In this document: positions 10,090 through 19,409 of the stretch, one piece after another
Position numbering within the stretch: position 1 is the first letter of the stretch
Layout of the letters: each line of letters opens with the position of its first letter
NCBI GenBank assembly: GCA_017505785.1
Contig: JAFVOQ010000061.1
Coordinates: 62-64,061 of the forward strand
Reading direction: 5' to 3'
Length of the DNA stretch: 64,000 nucleotides
From: Clostridia bacterium
Lineage (GTDB): Bacteria; Bacillota; Clostridia; Oscillospirales; CAG-272
The notes under the pieces: model-generated
What the model was told of the DNA's origin: nothing
Databases searched by the model: none
Seen by the model: the letters and a program-made list of their open reading frames with translations, nothing else
Program-made: the position numbers and the translations under genes

Positions 10090-10131
10090 CAAAATCCGTG
10101 CATCTTCCCATATAGAAACAAGTATGATATC

Positions 10132-10174
10132 CCCCCGCTTGGCGGCAAACTAAAGCCAAGCGGGGGTGATTTTT
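10132..10174 (+). terminator. terminator-like hairpin after dnaE, overlapping the pbp RBS
   Basis: 12-bp stem cccccgcttggc/gccaagcggggg followed by tgattttttt. Confidence 0.7.
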
Positions 10175-12559
10175 TTGCATACAAAAAGAAAGGAAAGCAG
10201 GATTGCGATATTTTTCCTTTCCTGCACACTTACACTACTGATAGTTTTGTCGCTCGCGGTCGCTGTGGGCGCAATTTGGGCGCGTGCGGTTCCGCAAAGC
10301 GATTTGAAAGAGGAGCTCTTTGCCATTGGTGTGAGAGATCGTACAACAAGGTTATATTGCTACGATCAAAACGGGGAAGAGATAGAGCTGGTAAGCGACC
10401 GTGTCAGCGGTTATGAGAATGCGCTCTACTGCCCGATCTCGCAAATACCGGAAAATCTAAAAAATGCTTTTATTGCCATTGAGGATAAGCGCTTTTATGA
10501 TCATGGCGGTATCGACTGGATCAGAACGGCCTCTGCGGTGCGCAGCTATCTGGCGGGGGAGCAGGAGAGTAAGTTTGGCGGGTCAACCATTACACAGCAG
10601 CTTGTAAAAAATCTTACGGGTGATAGCAAAAAAACGCTTTCGCGCAAGGTCGGAGAGCTGATGCGCGCGGCAAAGGTGGAAAAAAAGCTATCTAAAAATG
10701 CGATTCTCGAGCAATATCTTAACGTGGTAAATTTGGCACAGAATTGCTACGGTGTAAAAACTGCCGCCAATGCTTATTTTTCAAAGGAGCCAAACGAGCT
10801 AACCCTGGCAGAATGTGCCAGTATTGCCGCTATTACCAACAACCCCACAAAATATGATCCCATACGACATCCCGAGCACAACCGTGCACGCCGCGATCTT
10901 ATTTTAAACGAAATGCTCTTACAGGGAATGATAAGCGAAGCCGATTATAATGAGGCGGTTATGTGTGAAGTGGTGCTGTCGATCAATCGAGAGGCGATGA
11001 CGGGGAGAGTGAACTCTTGGTACGCCGATCTTGCGATATCCGATGTTATTGCCGCTTTGGTAAAGGAAAAGGGGTATACACAAGCAGAGGCAAGCAGGCT
11101 TGTATATTGCGGCGGATTAAAGATATATGTTGCAATGCGTGAGGATCTGCAAAAAATTGTTACCGAGTATTATGAAAACACAAAAAATTTTCCCGTGCAT
11201 CAAGGCGGAGAGCAAGCGCAAAGCTCTATTATGATTGTAAATCCCAAAAACGGAGATGTTTTGGCAATGGCGGGGGCTACAGGTAAAAAGAGCTCCAATC
11301 GCATTCAAAATTACGCCACCGACACCAAACGCCCCTCGGGATCGGTCATCAAGCCCTTGGCGGTTTACGCACCTGCGCTTGAAAGAAATTTGATCAACTA
11401 CGCCAGTGTTTTTGACGACGTGCCGCAGCTCTTTCGACAAAACGGTGCGCCTTGGCCACGCAATTCGCCCGATATTTATCGCGGATTAACGACGGTAAAC
11501 GCAGCACTTACCCATTCTGTCAATACCGTTTCGGTTTCGGTCCTGCAAAGGCTTGGGGCGCAGGAATCATACCGATTTTTGCGCGATAAGCTCGGCTTTA
11601 CCTCGCTTGATGCGCAAAAGGATCTCGGAGCTGCAGCATTGGCACTCGGTCAGCAATATAGGGGCGTGACTCTGCGCGAAATGCTTGGCGGCTATACTGC
11701 ATTGGCAAACAATGGACTGTACGAGGGAACGCGTAGCTACTATAAGGTTCTTGACAGTAAAGGCGAGCTGTTGCTTACGAATGAAAGTCACGAGCGTCGC
11801 GTGCTTGGCGAGGACACTGCCTCAATTATGACAATGATGCTTCGTCGCGTTGTACGTGAGGGTACGGGAAAAGCAATTACCTTGAAGGAAAGAGTAGACG
11901 TGGCGGGCAAAACGGGAACCAGCAGTAACAATTGCGACAAGTGGTTTATCGGATACACTCCCGATCTGCTTTGCGGTGTTTGGTACGGGTATGAATACCC
12001 CAAGTCTGTAGCAGACATCAGTGGAAATCACGCCCTTGGCATTTGGGATGCTGTGATGCAGCGTGCCGTTGATGCGGTTGGAATCGGTGAAGGGCAGTTT
12101 AAAACCGCACCGGGAATCGTTATGGCACGTTACTGCAAGGATTCGGGACAGCTGATGAGCGACGCTTGCTATTTTGATCCGCGCGGAGACCGTGCAGAGA
12201 TCGGATACTTTAAAAAAGGAACCGAGCCGCACACCGCATGCCAATGTCATACACTGATCGATTATTGTGAGTGCGGAGGGGTCGCTACCGAAAATTGCCC
12301 TGCGGAGCATTGCCACAAAACTGCACTTTTGCGTGTGACAAGAAGCTTTCCTCGCCAAATCAGAGTGCTTGACGCGCCGTATTCCTATGGGGGAGCATAT
12401 GTCAAAAAAGAACGGGAATTGTCTGAAAATGAGCCATATTATGCGAACAAATACGAAACCAAGCAAAATTTTGGCATAGGATTGGATGTGATGCCGTATA
12501 ATCACGTTTGCCCGGCACACACCGAGGATACCTTTTGGCGCAGGCGCGCGATTATATAA
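10166..12559 (+). CDS. class A penicillin-binding protein (PBP1A family) with Cys-rich C-terminus
   Basis: TM anchor; transglycosylase EDKRFYDHGG, GGSTITQQLVKN; transpeptidase SGSVIK, SVN, KTGT. Start uncertain (GTG 10166 or TTG 10175). Confidence 0.94.
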   Translation: MIFLHTKRKESRIAIFFLSCTLTLLIVLSLAVAVGAIWARAVPQSDLKEELFAIGVRDRTTRLYCYDQNGEEIELVSDRVSGYENALYCPISQIPENLKNAFIAIEDKRFYDHGGIDWIRTASAVRSYLAGEQESKFGGSTITQQLVKNLTGDSKKTLSRKVGELMRAAKVEKKLSKNAILEQYLNVVNLAQNCYGVKTAANAYFSKEPNELTLAECASIAAITNNPTKYDPIRHPEHNRARRDLILNEMLLQGMISEADYNEAVMCEVVLSINREAMTGRVNSWYADLAISDVIAALVKEKGYTQAEASRLVYCGGLKIYVAMREDLQKIVTEYYENTKNFPVHQGGEQAQSSIMIVNPKNGDVLAMAGATGKKSSNRIQNYATDTKRPSGSVIKPLAVYAPALERNLINYASVFDDVPQLFRQNGAPWPRNSPDIYRGLTTVNAALTHSVNTVSVSVLQRLGAQESYRFLRDKLGFTSLDAQKDLGAAALALGQQYRGVTLREMLGGYTALANNGLYEGTRSYYKVLDSKGELLLTNESHERRVLGEDTASIMTMMLRRVVREGTGKAITLKERVDVAGKTGTSSNNCDKWFIGYTPDLLCGVWYGYEYPKSVADISGNHALGIWDAVMQRAVDAVGIGEGQFKTAPGIVMARYCKDSGQLMSDACYFDPRGDRAEIGYFKKGTEPHTACQCHTLIDYCECGGVATENCPAEHCHKTALLRVTRSFPRQIRVLDAPYSYGGAYVKKERELSENEPYYANKYETKQNFGIGLDVMPYNHVCPAHTEDTFWRRRAII

Positions 12560-12563
12560 AAAC

Positions 12564-12593
12564 ACGGCGAAGCCATATGCGTGGCTTCGCCGT
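12564..12593. terminator. terminator between convergent pbp and mnmA
   Basis: acggcgaagcca-6-tggcttcgccgt. Confidence 0.75.
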
Positions 12594-12596
12594 ATT

Positions 12597-13649
12597 TTAT
12601 ATAATTTTACCGCCACCGATAACGTAATCACCGTCATACAGTACCAAGGACTGTCCCTGTGAGATCGCGCGCTGCGGTTCATGAAATTCAACCGTGAGCT
12701 CGTCTTTTCCGGTTTGCTCTACACGCGCAGGTGCCGCCTCTTGGCGATAGCGCGCTTTTGCAAGAAGTGTAAGAGGGGATCTCAATTCATCAAACGGAAT
12801 GAAATTAATGTGCTCGACCGTAAGACGGCGAGTAAACAGATCCTCGTTCGCGCCAAGCGTTACGGTGTTGTCAGCGGCAGATTTTGATACCACAAACGCG
12901 GGTCTGCCAAGAGAAATTCCAAGCCCTTTACGCTGACCGATTGTGTAATGCACAATGCCGCGATGCTCCCCCAAAATTCTTCCGTCAAGTGACAAAAATT
13001 TACCGGGGCGGGGGGCGTTGCCGCTGTAATTCTCAATAAAAGCGGCGTAATCTCCGTTGGGAACAAAGCAAATATCCTGACTCTCGCTCCTGTGCACTGC
13101 GGCGAAGCCTTGTGCTGCGGCAACCTCCTTCACCTCGGCCTTGCTCATATTGCCCAAAGGAAATTCTACTTGAGAAAGTACCTCTTGGGAAAGCGTATAA
13201 AGCACGTAGGTCTGATCCTTGGTAAGATCCTTGGCGCGGCGCAACAAAAATCTGCCTTCGCTGTTTTTTTCAATGCGTGCATAATGACCCGTGGCAAGGC
13301 GGTCAAAGCCCTGTTCCTTGGCAAAGCGCAAAAGGGCACCGAATTTGATCTCCTTATTGCAGTCAATGCAAGGGTTTGGGGTTTTTCCTTCCTCATAAGT
13401 GCGTATAAAGGCGTTTACCACCAGTGCGCGAAATTCCTTCGAAAGCTCTGCCACAACGTGCGGTATGCCGAGTGCCACACAGGTGCTTGCCGCATCCTTT
13501 ATGTCTTGTGCCGCCGTTTTTGCGTGTTCATCTTGGTCAAAGGCAAGGCGCATGGTTACACCGCAGGCTGTGCGGTCACGAGAGGCGAGATATGCCGAAA
13601 CCGCGCTGTCAACGCCGCCACTCATGGCAATCATAATCTTACTGTTCAT
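12597..13649 (-). CDS. mnmA: tRNA-specific 2-thiouridylase
   Basis: AMSGGVDS, PNPCIDCN, ATGHYAR, KDQTY, ESQDICF, YTIGQRKGLG. Confidence 0.97.
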   Translation of the reverse strand: MNSKIMIAMSGGVDSAVSAYLASRDRTACGVTMRLAFDQDEHAKTAAQDIKDAASTCVALGIPHVVAELSKEFRALVVNAFIRTYEEGKTPNPCIDCNKEIKFGALLRFAKEQGFDRLATGHYARIEKNSEGRFLLRRAKDLTKDQTYVLYTLSQEVLSQVEFPLGNMSKAEVKEVAAAQGFAAVHRSESQDICFVPNGDYAAFIENYSGNAPRPGKFLSLDGRILGEHRGIVHYTIGQRKGLGISLGRPAFVVSKSAADNTVTLGANEDLFTRRLTVEHINFIPFDELRSPLTLLAKARYRQEAAPARVEQTGKDELTVEFHEPQRAISQGQSLVLYDGDYVIGGGKII

Positions 13650-14154
13650 ATGCAAGATCCCAATCGTATTTCGTTAAGCTGCCGACCTCCGAAAGCCCCG
13701 CAAAGGCACTTTGCCTGAGCACCTCATACACGGCGATCGCCACGGAGTTGGAAAGATTTAAGCTGCGAAGCTTGTCACGCATCGGAATGCGCACGGCTGT
13801 TTCGGGGTGCGAAAACAAAAGCTCCTCGGGAAGCCCCGCACTCTCCTTGCCAAACATCAAAAACACCTCGTCGGGATACCGAACGTCGGCATAGGTGTTT
13901 CTTGCCTTTGTGGTAAAATAATAGATCGGTTTATCACCGTGCTTCATTAAAAAATCGGCAAGCCCGTCATAGTACGTAATATCCAGCTTATCCCAATAAT
14001 CGAGCCCCGCGCGCTTTAGCTTTTTGTCATCAATGGTAAAGCCGAGGGGGCGAATGAGATGAAGCGCGGCTCCGGTTGCCGCACAGGTCCTTGCCACGTT
14101 GCCCGTATTTTGCGGAATTTCCGGCTCAAACAAAACAATATGTATCTTGGGCAT
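13639..14154 (-). CDS. trmL: tRNA (cytidine/uridine-34 2'-O)-methyltransferase
   Basis: HIVLFEPEIPQNTGN, KRAGLDYW, FGKESAGLP, RSLNLSNS. Confidence 0.95.
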   Translation of the reverse strand: MPKIHIVLFEPEIPQNTGNVARTCAATGAALHLIRPLGFTIDDKKLKRAGLDYWDKLDITYYDGLADFLMKHGDKPIYYFTTKARNTYADVRYPDEVFLMFGKESAGLPEELLFSHPETAVRIPMRDKLRSLNLSNSVAIAVYEVLRQSAFAGLSEVGSLTKYDWDLAYEQ

Positions 14155-14310
14155 AGCGATCTCCTTTATTTTTGCTTCTTTCATTATAGCTGATTTCTTT
14201 GAAACTTGCAAGTGAAGAGAAAATAATTTGCAAATTTTTTGTGCTGAGTATGGAAATTTAACATGATATGTAGTATAATAAATATAATTTGTTTATACTC
14301 GGAGGAAAAT

Positions 14311-17067
14311 ATGGGACTCTTTCGTAAAATTTTCGGCACGTACAGTGACCGCCAAATAAAAAAGCTGAAGCGCGTAGCCGATGAGATCGAAGCGTTAGCA
14401 CCAAAATACGCAGCACTCTCCAACGAGGAGCTGGCTCATGTTACAGTGGATCTAAAGGAACGTCTTGCAGCAGGGGAAACCTTAGACGATATCCTTTGCG
14501 ATGCGTTTGCCGCTGTTCGTGAAGCAGATGAACGCGTGCTGGGCAAGCGTCCCTTTTACGTACAATTACTTGGCGCAATTATTTTGCATCAAGGACGCAT
14601 TGCCGAAATGAAAACCGGTGAGGGAAAAACACTGGTAGCAACTATGCCTGCCTACCTCAACGCCTTGGCCGGTAAGGGTGTGCACGTGGTTACGGTGAAC
14701 GATTATCTTGCGCGCCGCGACAGCGAGGAAATGGGGAGAGTCTATGCCTTTATGGGGCTTTCTACAGGTCTTGTGGTGCACGGCGTCAGCCCTGCCGAGA
14801 AAAAGGCGGCGTATGAAGCGGATATTACCTATGGCACCAACAACGAGTTTGGCTTTGATTATCTGCGCGATAATATGGTGGTCTATAAAAATGATATGGT
14901 ACAGCGCGGTCATGCCTTTGCCATTGTAGACGAGGTAGACTCGATCTTAATTGATGAGGCACGTACACCCTTGATCATATCCGGTGCAGGTCAAAAATCC
15001 ACCGATCTTTACGAGCGTGCCAATACGCTGGTGCGTACCATGACCAAGCTTGTGCGAAAGGAAGTGGATAACAAGGAAGCCACAGACGATATCGAAGCGG
15101 ATTACTTGGTGGATGAAAAGGGGCACAATGCCATTCTTACGCCGCGCGGTGCCAAGCGCGCAGAGGAATTTTTTGAGCTTGAAAACTTTGCCGATCCCGC
15201 CAATTCCGAGATTGCACATCATGTGAACCAGGCCATTCATGCATGGGGTGTGATGAAGCGTGACGTGGATTATGTGGTCAACGAAAACGGTGTGATGATC
15301 GTAGATGCATTTACAGGTCGTATTATGCCCGGCAGACGTTATTCAAACGGGCTGCATCAAGCCATTGAAGCCAAAGAGGGTGTAGAGGTAAAAAAGGAAA
15401 ACCGTACGCTTGCCACGATCACCTTCCAAAATTATTTCCGTATGTATACCAAGCTCTCGGGTATGACGGGTACGGCTCTTACCGAGGAAATGGAATTCCG
15501 TGAAATATATGCACTTGACGTGGTAGAGGTGCCCACCAATATGCCCATGATCCGCATTGATCAAAACGATGTGGTATATAAAGATACCAGATGCAAGATC
15601 GATGCCATTGTTAAGCAGATCAAGGAATGCCACGACAAGGGACAACCCGTGCTTGTGGGTACGGTAAGTGTAGATAAATCCGAGGAGCTTTCCGCCCGCC
15701 TGAAGCGCGAGGGTGTGCGCCATAACGTCCTCAATGCCAAGCACCATCAGCGCGAGGCAGAGATCATAGCACAGGCAGGCAAGTTTGGTGCCGTTACCAT
15801 TTCCACCAACATGGCAGGGCGCGGTACCGATATCATGCTCGGCGGCAACTCGGAATTTTTAGCCAAGAATGAAATGCGTAAGCAGGGCTTTTCCGAGGAG
15901 CTGATCGTTATGGCAACGGGTACTACGGATATCGATGATGATGAGGTGCGTGCCGCACGCGAAACGTTTCATGATCTAAACGCGCATTTCAAGCGCGAGA
16001 TCGAGCCGGAGGCTGCACGTGTGCGCGAGGCGGGCGGTCTTTATATTCTCGGTACCGAGCGACACGAAAGCCGCCGTATCGACAACCAGCTTCGCGGCCG
16101 TTCGGGGCGCCAGGGCGATCCCGGTGAATCACGGTTTTTCCTCTCTCTTGAAGATGATTTGATGCGTTTGTTCGGTCATAATATCGATCGCGTAAAATCG
16201 CTTGTTACAAGGATCGGCTTGCCCGATGATCAACCGATCAGTGCAACGATACTGTCGGGGTTGATTGAAAATTCGCAAAAGAAGATCGAGGATGTTCATT
16301 TCAAGCGCCGCAAGAACGTGCTGACCTATGATGATGTGATGAACCAGCAGCGCAATCTTATTTACCGACAACGCCTTGAGGTGCTAAACGGAGAGGATAT
16401 TTCGGAAACGATTTTGCAAATGATCCGTTCCACCATTGAGGAAAACGTAGCACACTTTTTGGGCGACGGCAGCGAGGAAACGCGCAATCTTGAGGGCTTG
16501 GAGGCTCTTTATAAATCCTATCTCTTAAAGCCCGAGGAATCTCTTGAGGATATTTTTGCGCAAATGAAAAAGCCGGCTGAGCTTACTGCGTTTTTAACGG
16601 CACGCGCCGAGGGTGTATACGCCGAAAAGGAAAAGCTTTTTGGCAGCGAGGTGTTCCGCGAGGTAGAGCGCTCACTCCTGTTACAAGCTGTTGACAGCCA
16701 TTGGATGGAGCACATTGATATCATGGATGATCTTAAGGGCAGTGTTGGCTTGCAGGCATATGCACAACGTGATCCCGTAAATGAATATCGCTTACAGGGT
16801 GCTGACCTCTTTGACAACATGATCAACGATATTCGCGACGAAACCGTTCGTCACGTTCTGACCGTGATCCCGCGCACACAGCCCATAAAGCGTGTACAGC
16901 TTGCAAAGCCCTTGCAGGAAAATCTTGCGGGGGATAAAAGCACACAAAAGAAAAAGGTGATCGTGGTGCGCAAGGCAGAGAAGGTTGGAAGAAATGATCT
17001 TTGTCCTTGCGGCAGCGGAAAAAAATACAAGAAATGCTGCGGCGCGACACAGGGAAATGGCAATTAA
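14311..17067 (+). CDS. secA: preprotein translocase ATPase SecA
   Basis: MKTGEGKT, DEVDSILIDEARTPLIISG, TNMAGRGTDI, GRSGRQGDPG, C-terminal GRNDLCPCGSGKKYKKCC; ATG at 14311 after GGAGG. Confidence 0.99.
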   Translation: MGLFRKIFGTYSDRQIKKLKRVADEIEALAPKYAALSNEELAHVTVDLKERLAAGETLDDILCDAFAAVREADERVLGKRPFYVQLLGAIILHQGRIAEMKTGEGKTLVATMPAYLNALAGKGVHVVTVNDYLARRDSEEMGRVYAFMGLSTGLVVHGVSPAEKKAAYEADITYGTNNEFGFDYLRDNMVVYKNDMVQRGHAFAIVDEVDSILIDEARTPLIISGAGQKSTDLYERANTLVRTMTKLVRKEVDNKEATDDIEADYLVDEKGHNAILTPRGAKRAEEFFELENFADPANSEIAHHVNQAIHAWGVMKRDVDYVVNENGVMIVDAFTGRIMPGRRYSNGLHQAIEAKEGVEVKKENRTLATITFQNYFRMYTKLSGMTGTALTEEMEFREIYALDVVEVPTNMPMIRIDQNDVVYKDTRCKIDAIVKQIKECHDKGQPVLVGTVSVDKSEELSARLKREGVRHNVLNAKHHQREAEIIAQAGKFGAVTISTNMAGRGTDIMLGGNSEFLAKNEMRKQGFSEELIVMATGTTDIDDDEVRAARETFHDLNAHFKREIEPEAARVREAGGLYILGTERHESRRIDNQLRGRSGRQGDPGESRFFLSLEDDLMRLFGHNIDRVKSLVTRIGLPDDQPISATILSGLIENSQKKIEDVHFKRRKNVLTYDDVMNQQRNLIYRQRLEVLNGEDISETILQMIRSTIEENVAHFLGDGSEETRNLEGLEALYKSYLLKPEESLEDIFAQMKKPAELTAFLTARAEGVYAEKEKLFGSEVFREVERSLLLQAVDSHWMEHIDIMDDLKGSVGLQAYAQRDPVNEYRLQGADLFDNMINDIRDETVRHVLTVIPRTQPIKRVQLAKPLQENLAGDKSTQKKKVIVVRKAEKVGRNDLCPCGSGKKYKKCCGATQGNGN

Positions 17068-17103
17068 ATTTATAGGATAAGTGTAAAGGGGAGAAGACCG
17101 AAA

Positions 17104-17706
17104 ATGGGCTTTGGATTATTGTTGATCGGATATTTTTTAGCCAACATTTTGCCTGTAATATCGTTTTTTTCGGTGGCAATGATACCCGGATTTGCGATGA
17201 TTACGGTTGGGCTGTATCGGTTGGCTCCCTATCACAAACGGTTTTATTTTTCGTGGCTGTTTTCCTTACCCTCATCTCTTTTTGGATTGTATTACACTCT
17301 TTACAGCCTTGTATCGATTGGTATATTTCCCCGGCTTGAAGCTCTTGGTGGCACAGTATTCAACGTAGTAGAATGGATATATTTGGTGTATACGCTTACC
17401 TTAAGCCTGTTGATCTTGTGGAGTATCGCCTCACTATCGAGCGAGCTTGGACTGTATGGCATTCAAAGCGCGGCATGGCGAAATTTGACGTTTGTTGCCA
17501 TTTATCACACTCTGTTTTTTATTGTTAAGCTACCTCTTGCCGTTATCACGGCGCATGCCACGGCATTTGTGTTACCGATCACGATTCTGCGGTATCTTTG
17601 CGTATTTTTAAATTTATGGCTCTTTTTCCGTTGCTTGCGCGATATTTTACCCGAAGGAAGCGACATAGAAGTGTCAAATAGCTCAAAGGAGAAAAAGAAT
17701 GACTAA
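17104..17706 (+). CDS. hypothetical polytopic membrane protein
   Basis: 200-aa hydrophobic ORF with GGGGAG RBS; stop overlaps the next start. Confidence 0.75.
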   Translation: MGFGLLLIGYFLANILPVISFFSVAMIPGFAMITVGLYRLAPYHKRFYFSWLFSLPSSLFGLYYTLYSLVSIGIFPRLEALGGTVFNVVEWIYLVYTLTLSLLILWSIASLSSELGLYGIQSAAWRNLTFVAIYHTLFFIVKLPLAVITAHATAFVLPITILRYLCVFLNLWLFFRCLRDILPEGSDIEVSNSSKEKKND

Positions 17707-19081
17707 AAGATTTATTCTCGTACTTGTCGGGCTTTGCTTCTTTTTTAATCCCTACTTTGCGGCAATTGACGTTTTGCCCGATTTTATCGGATGTCTACTG
17801 ATTGCTATAGGTCTTATTCCGCTTTCTCGTATTTCATTGCCGATGAAGGAAGCGCAGCGCAGCTTTTTAATATTGGCTTTGATCGATGCTGCAAAGCAGG
17901 TTCTGCTGTTGTTTGTATTTGGCAACAGTGCCTTGGGAGAGCAAGAGGTGCTTTTACTGATCGTGGCTTTTCTAAGCGCTACGCTTGGAACGGTATTTGC
18001 TGTGCACGCCATGCGCACCTTGTTTAACGGTCTTGCTTGGTTTGCCGATACATATGAGTGTGAGAGCTTGTGTGCCGTAAAGCGTCAAGGTCGCTCTCGC
18101 ACAGAATTGTTTGCACGTTTTACCGTATTTTTTGTGATTGCAAAGGAAGCGATCCTGCTTTTACCTGAATTTGCAGCTTTGCTAAACAGTACATACGCGG
18201 ATTCCGACTTTGTACGTCTTTATAATTATATCGGCTTAATGCGTGCGCTTGCCGTAATTCCCGTTGCGATACTCGGCTTTTATTGGCTTTGCGCACTGAT
18301 CGTGTATTTTTGCAGACTTTTGAGGGAAAAGGTCTTTTTGCAAGCACTAAACGAGCGATATGTTTCCTTTATGGAAGAGCATCCCGGCACGCGTGTCAAG
18401 GCAAGATATTTTGTCGCATTTTGCCTCATTGCCACAGGCTTGTTTTTTCTAACCGATTTCTATCTTGATTATTGGAATATCATTCCCGATACCGTAGGCG
18501 GATGCCTCATTCTTTGCGGTGTGCTTTTGCTTGGAATTTCACGCAAGGTATATTTGCCGGCTGTGCTATCGGCAGTGCTGTATACCGTAGTAGCAAATAT
18601 TTCCTCGCACAAGTCTTATTTGTTTGTGTCTGAGCACGTCGGCGGAGATATTTCGCGCAGCGAAGCTGTGGCAAAGCAATATCAAATTATGTGGATGTGG
18701 TCGCTTGCAGAGCTTTTTTGCTTTCTTGTGCTTTTGCTGTTTCTCATCCTTGCACTGCGTGCCGTTCTTATAAAATGGGGCGGCTATCTGCCCGAACACG
18801 CGGATGTGGATTTTGAGGCACGGCATGAACTTAAAATTCGCGAGGAATTTGATTGGCAGTTTATCAAATGCTATATTTTTGGCTTTCTCAGCGCATTGCT
18901 CTCCTTCTTCTTCGATTATTTTAAAACATGGCCCAATACCGAATCTCTGCGTTATTTTTCCCGTTTTATGGAAGGACTGTGGGTTCCGGATTTTATACTT
19001 GCCATCTTTTTTGCTGTGTATATGTCCTATACGCTTACGCTTGCTTTTGCAAAGATCGGCGAACGGTTTATGTTTGAGTGA
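17699..19081 (+). CDS. hypothetical polytopic membrane protein with internal duplication
   Basis: 460 aa, many TM-like segments, AAGGAG RBS; repeated motif DVLPDFIG / NIIPDTVG. Confidence 0.8.
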   Translation: MTKRFILVLVGLCFFFNPYFAAIDVLPDFIGCLLIAIGLIPLSRISLPMKEAQRSFLILALIDAAKQVLLLFVFGNSALGEQEVLLLIVAFLSATLGTVFAVHAMRTLFNGLAWFADTYECESLCAVKRQGRSRTELFARFTVFFVIAKEAILLLPEFAALLNSTYADSDFVRLYNYIGLMRALAVIPVAILGFYWLCALIVYFCRLLREKVFLQALNERYVSFMEEHPGTRVKARYFVAFCLIATGLFFLTDFYLDYWNIIPDTVGGCLILCGVLLLGISRKVYLPAVLSAVLYTVVANISSHKSYLFVSEHVGGDISRSEAVAKQYQIMWMWSLAELFCFLVLLLFLILALRAVLIKWGGYLPEHADVDFEARHELKIREEFDWQFIKCYIFGFLSALLSFFFDYFKTWPNTESLRYFSRFMEGLWVPDFILAIFFAVYMSYTLTLAFAKIGERFMFE

Positions 19082-19109
19082 ATAATTAAATCTGCACCTC
19101 CACATACTA
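19080..19109 (+). promoter_or_regulatory. sigmaG-type (forespore) promoter
   Basis: GAATA (19080-84)-18-CATACTA (19103-09) matches the B. subtilis sigmaG consensus GHATR-17/18-CATAHTA. Confidence 0.65.
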
Positions 19110-19153
19110 TCCTCGAACACCTTGTGTGCTCGAATTTAAAGGAGATTTGTGTG

Positions 19154-19321
19154 ATGCAGAACTATAATCAAAATCAAAATCAAAACCAGAACAAGAATAA
19201 CCAGAGCAACAACCAGAACCAGAATCAGAACCAGAACAAGAACAATCACAACAACAACCAGAATAACAATCAGAACCAGAACCAGAATCAGATCCAGAAC
19301 AAGAACAACCAATATCGCTAA
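19154..19321 (+). CDS. 55-aa Asn/Gln-rich microprotein
   Basis: AAGGAG RBS at 19139-44, ATG 19154; 28 N + 17 Q of 55 aa; own promoter and terminator. Confidence 0.75.
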   Translation: MQNYNQNQNQNQNKNNQSNNQNQNQNQNKNNHNNNQNNNQNQNQNQIQNKNNQYR

Positions 19322-19346
19322 AACGATATTTCCCCAAAATCGGGGG

Positions 19347-19381
19347 GCAGGGGCGCTTGTTCGCCCCTGCTTTTGCTTTTT
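19347..19381 (+). terminator. intrinsic terminator after the N/Q microprotein
   Basis: gcaggggcg/cgcccctgc stem followed by ttttgcttttt. Confidence 0.75.
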
Positions 19382-19409
19382 ATGTAGCTAAAGTGAGGTT
19401 TTACATATC

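Noticed and set aside
11822-12691. 289-aa minus ORF over pbp, and similar shadows over dnaE, secA, mnmA, tig, thrC
   Set aside because: Overlap well-supported genes; no independent evidence.
19107-19337. Gly/Ser/Cys/Asp-repeat ORF antisense to the N/Q gene, or a microsatellite/CRISPR reading of the repeats
   Set aside because: RBS, promoter and terminator all support the + strand; repeats are degenerate codon repeats without spacers.
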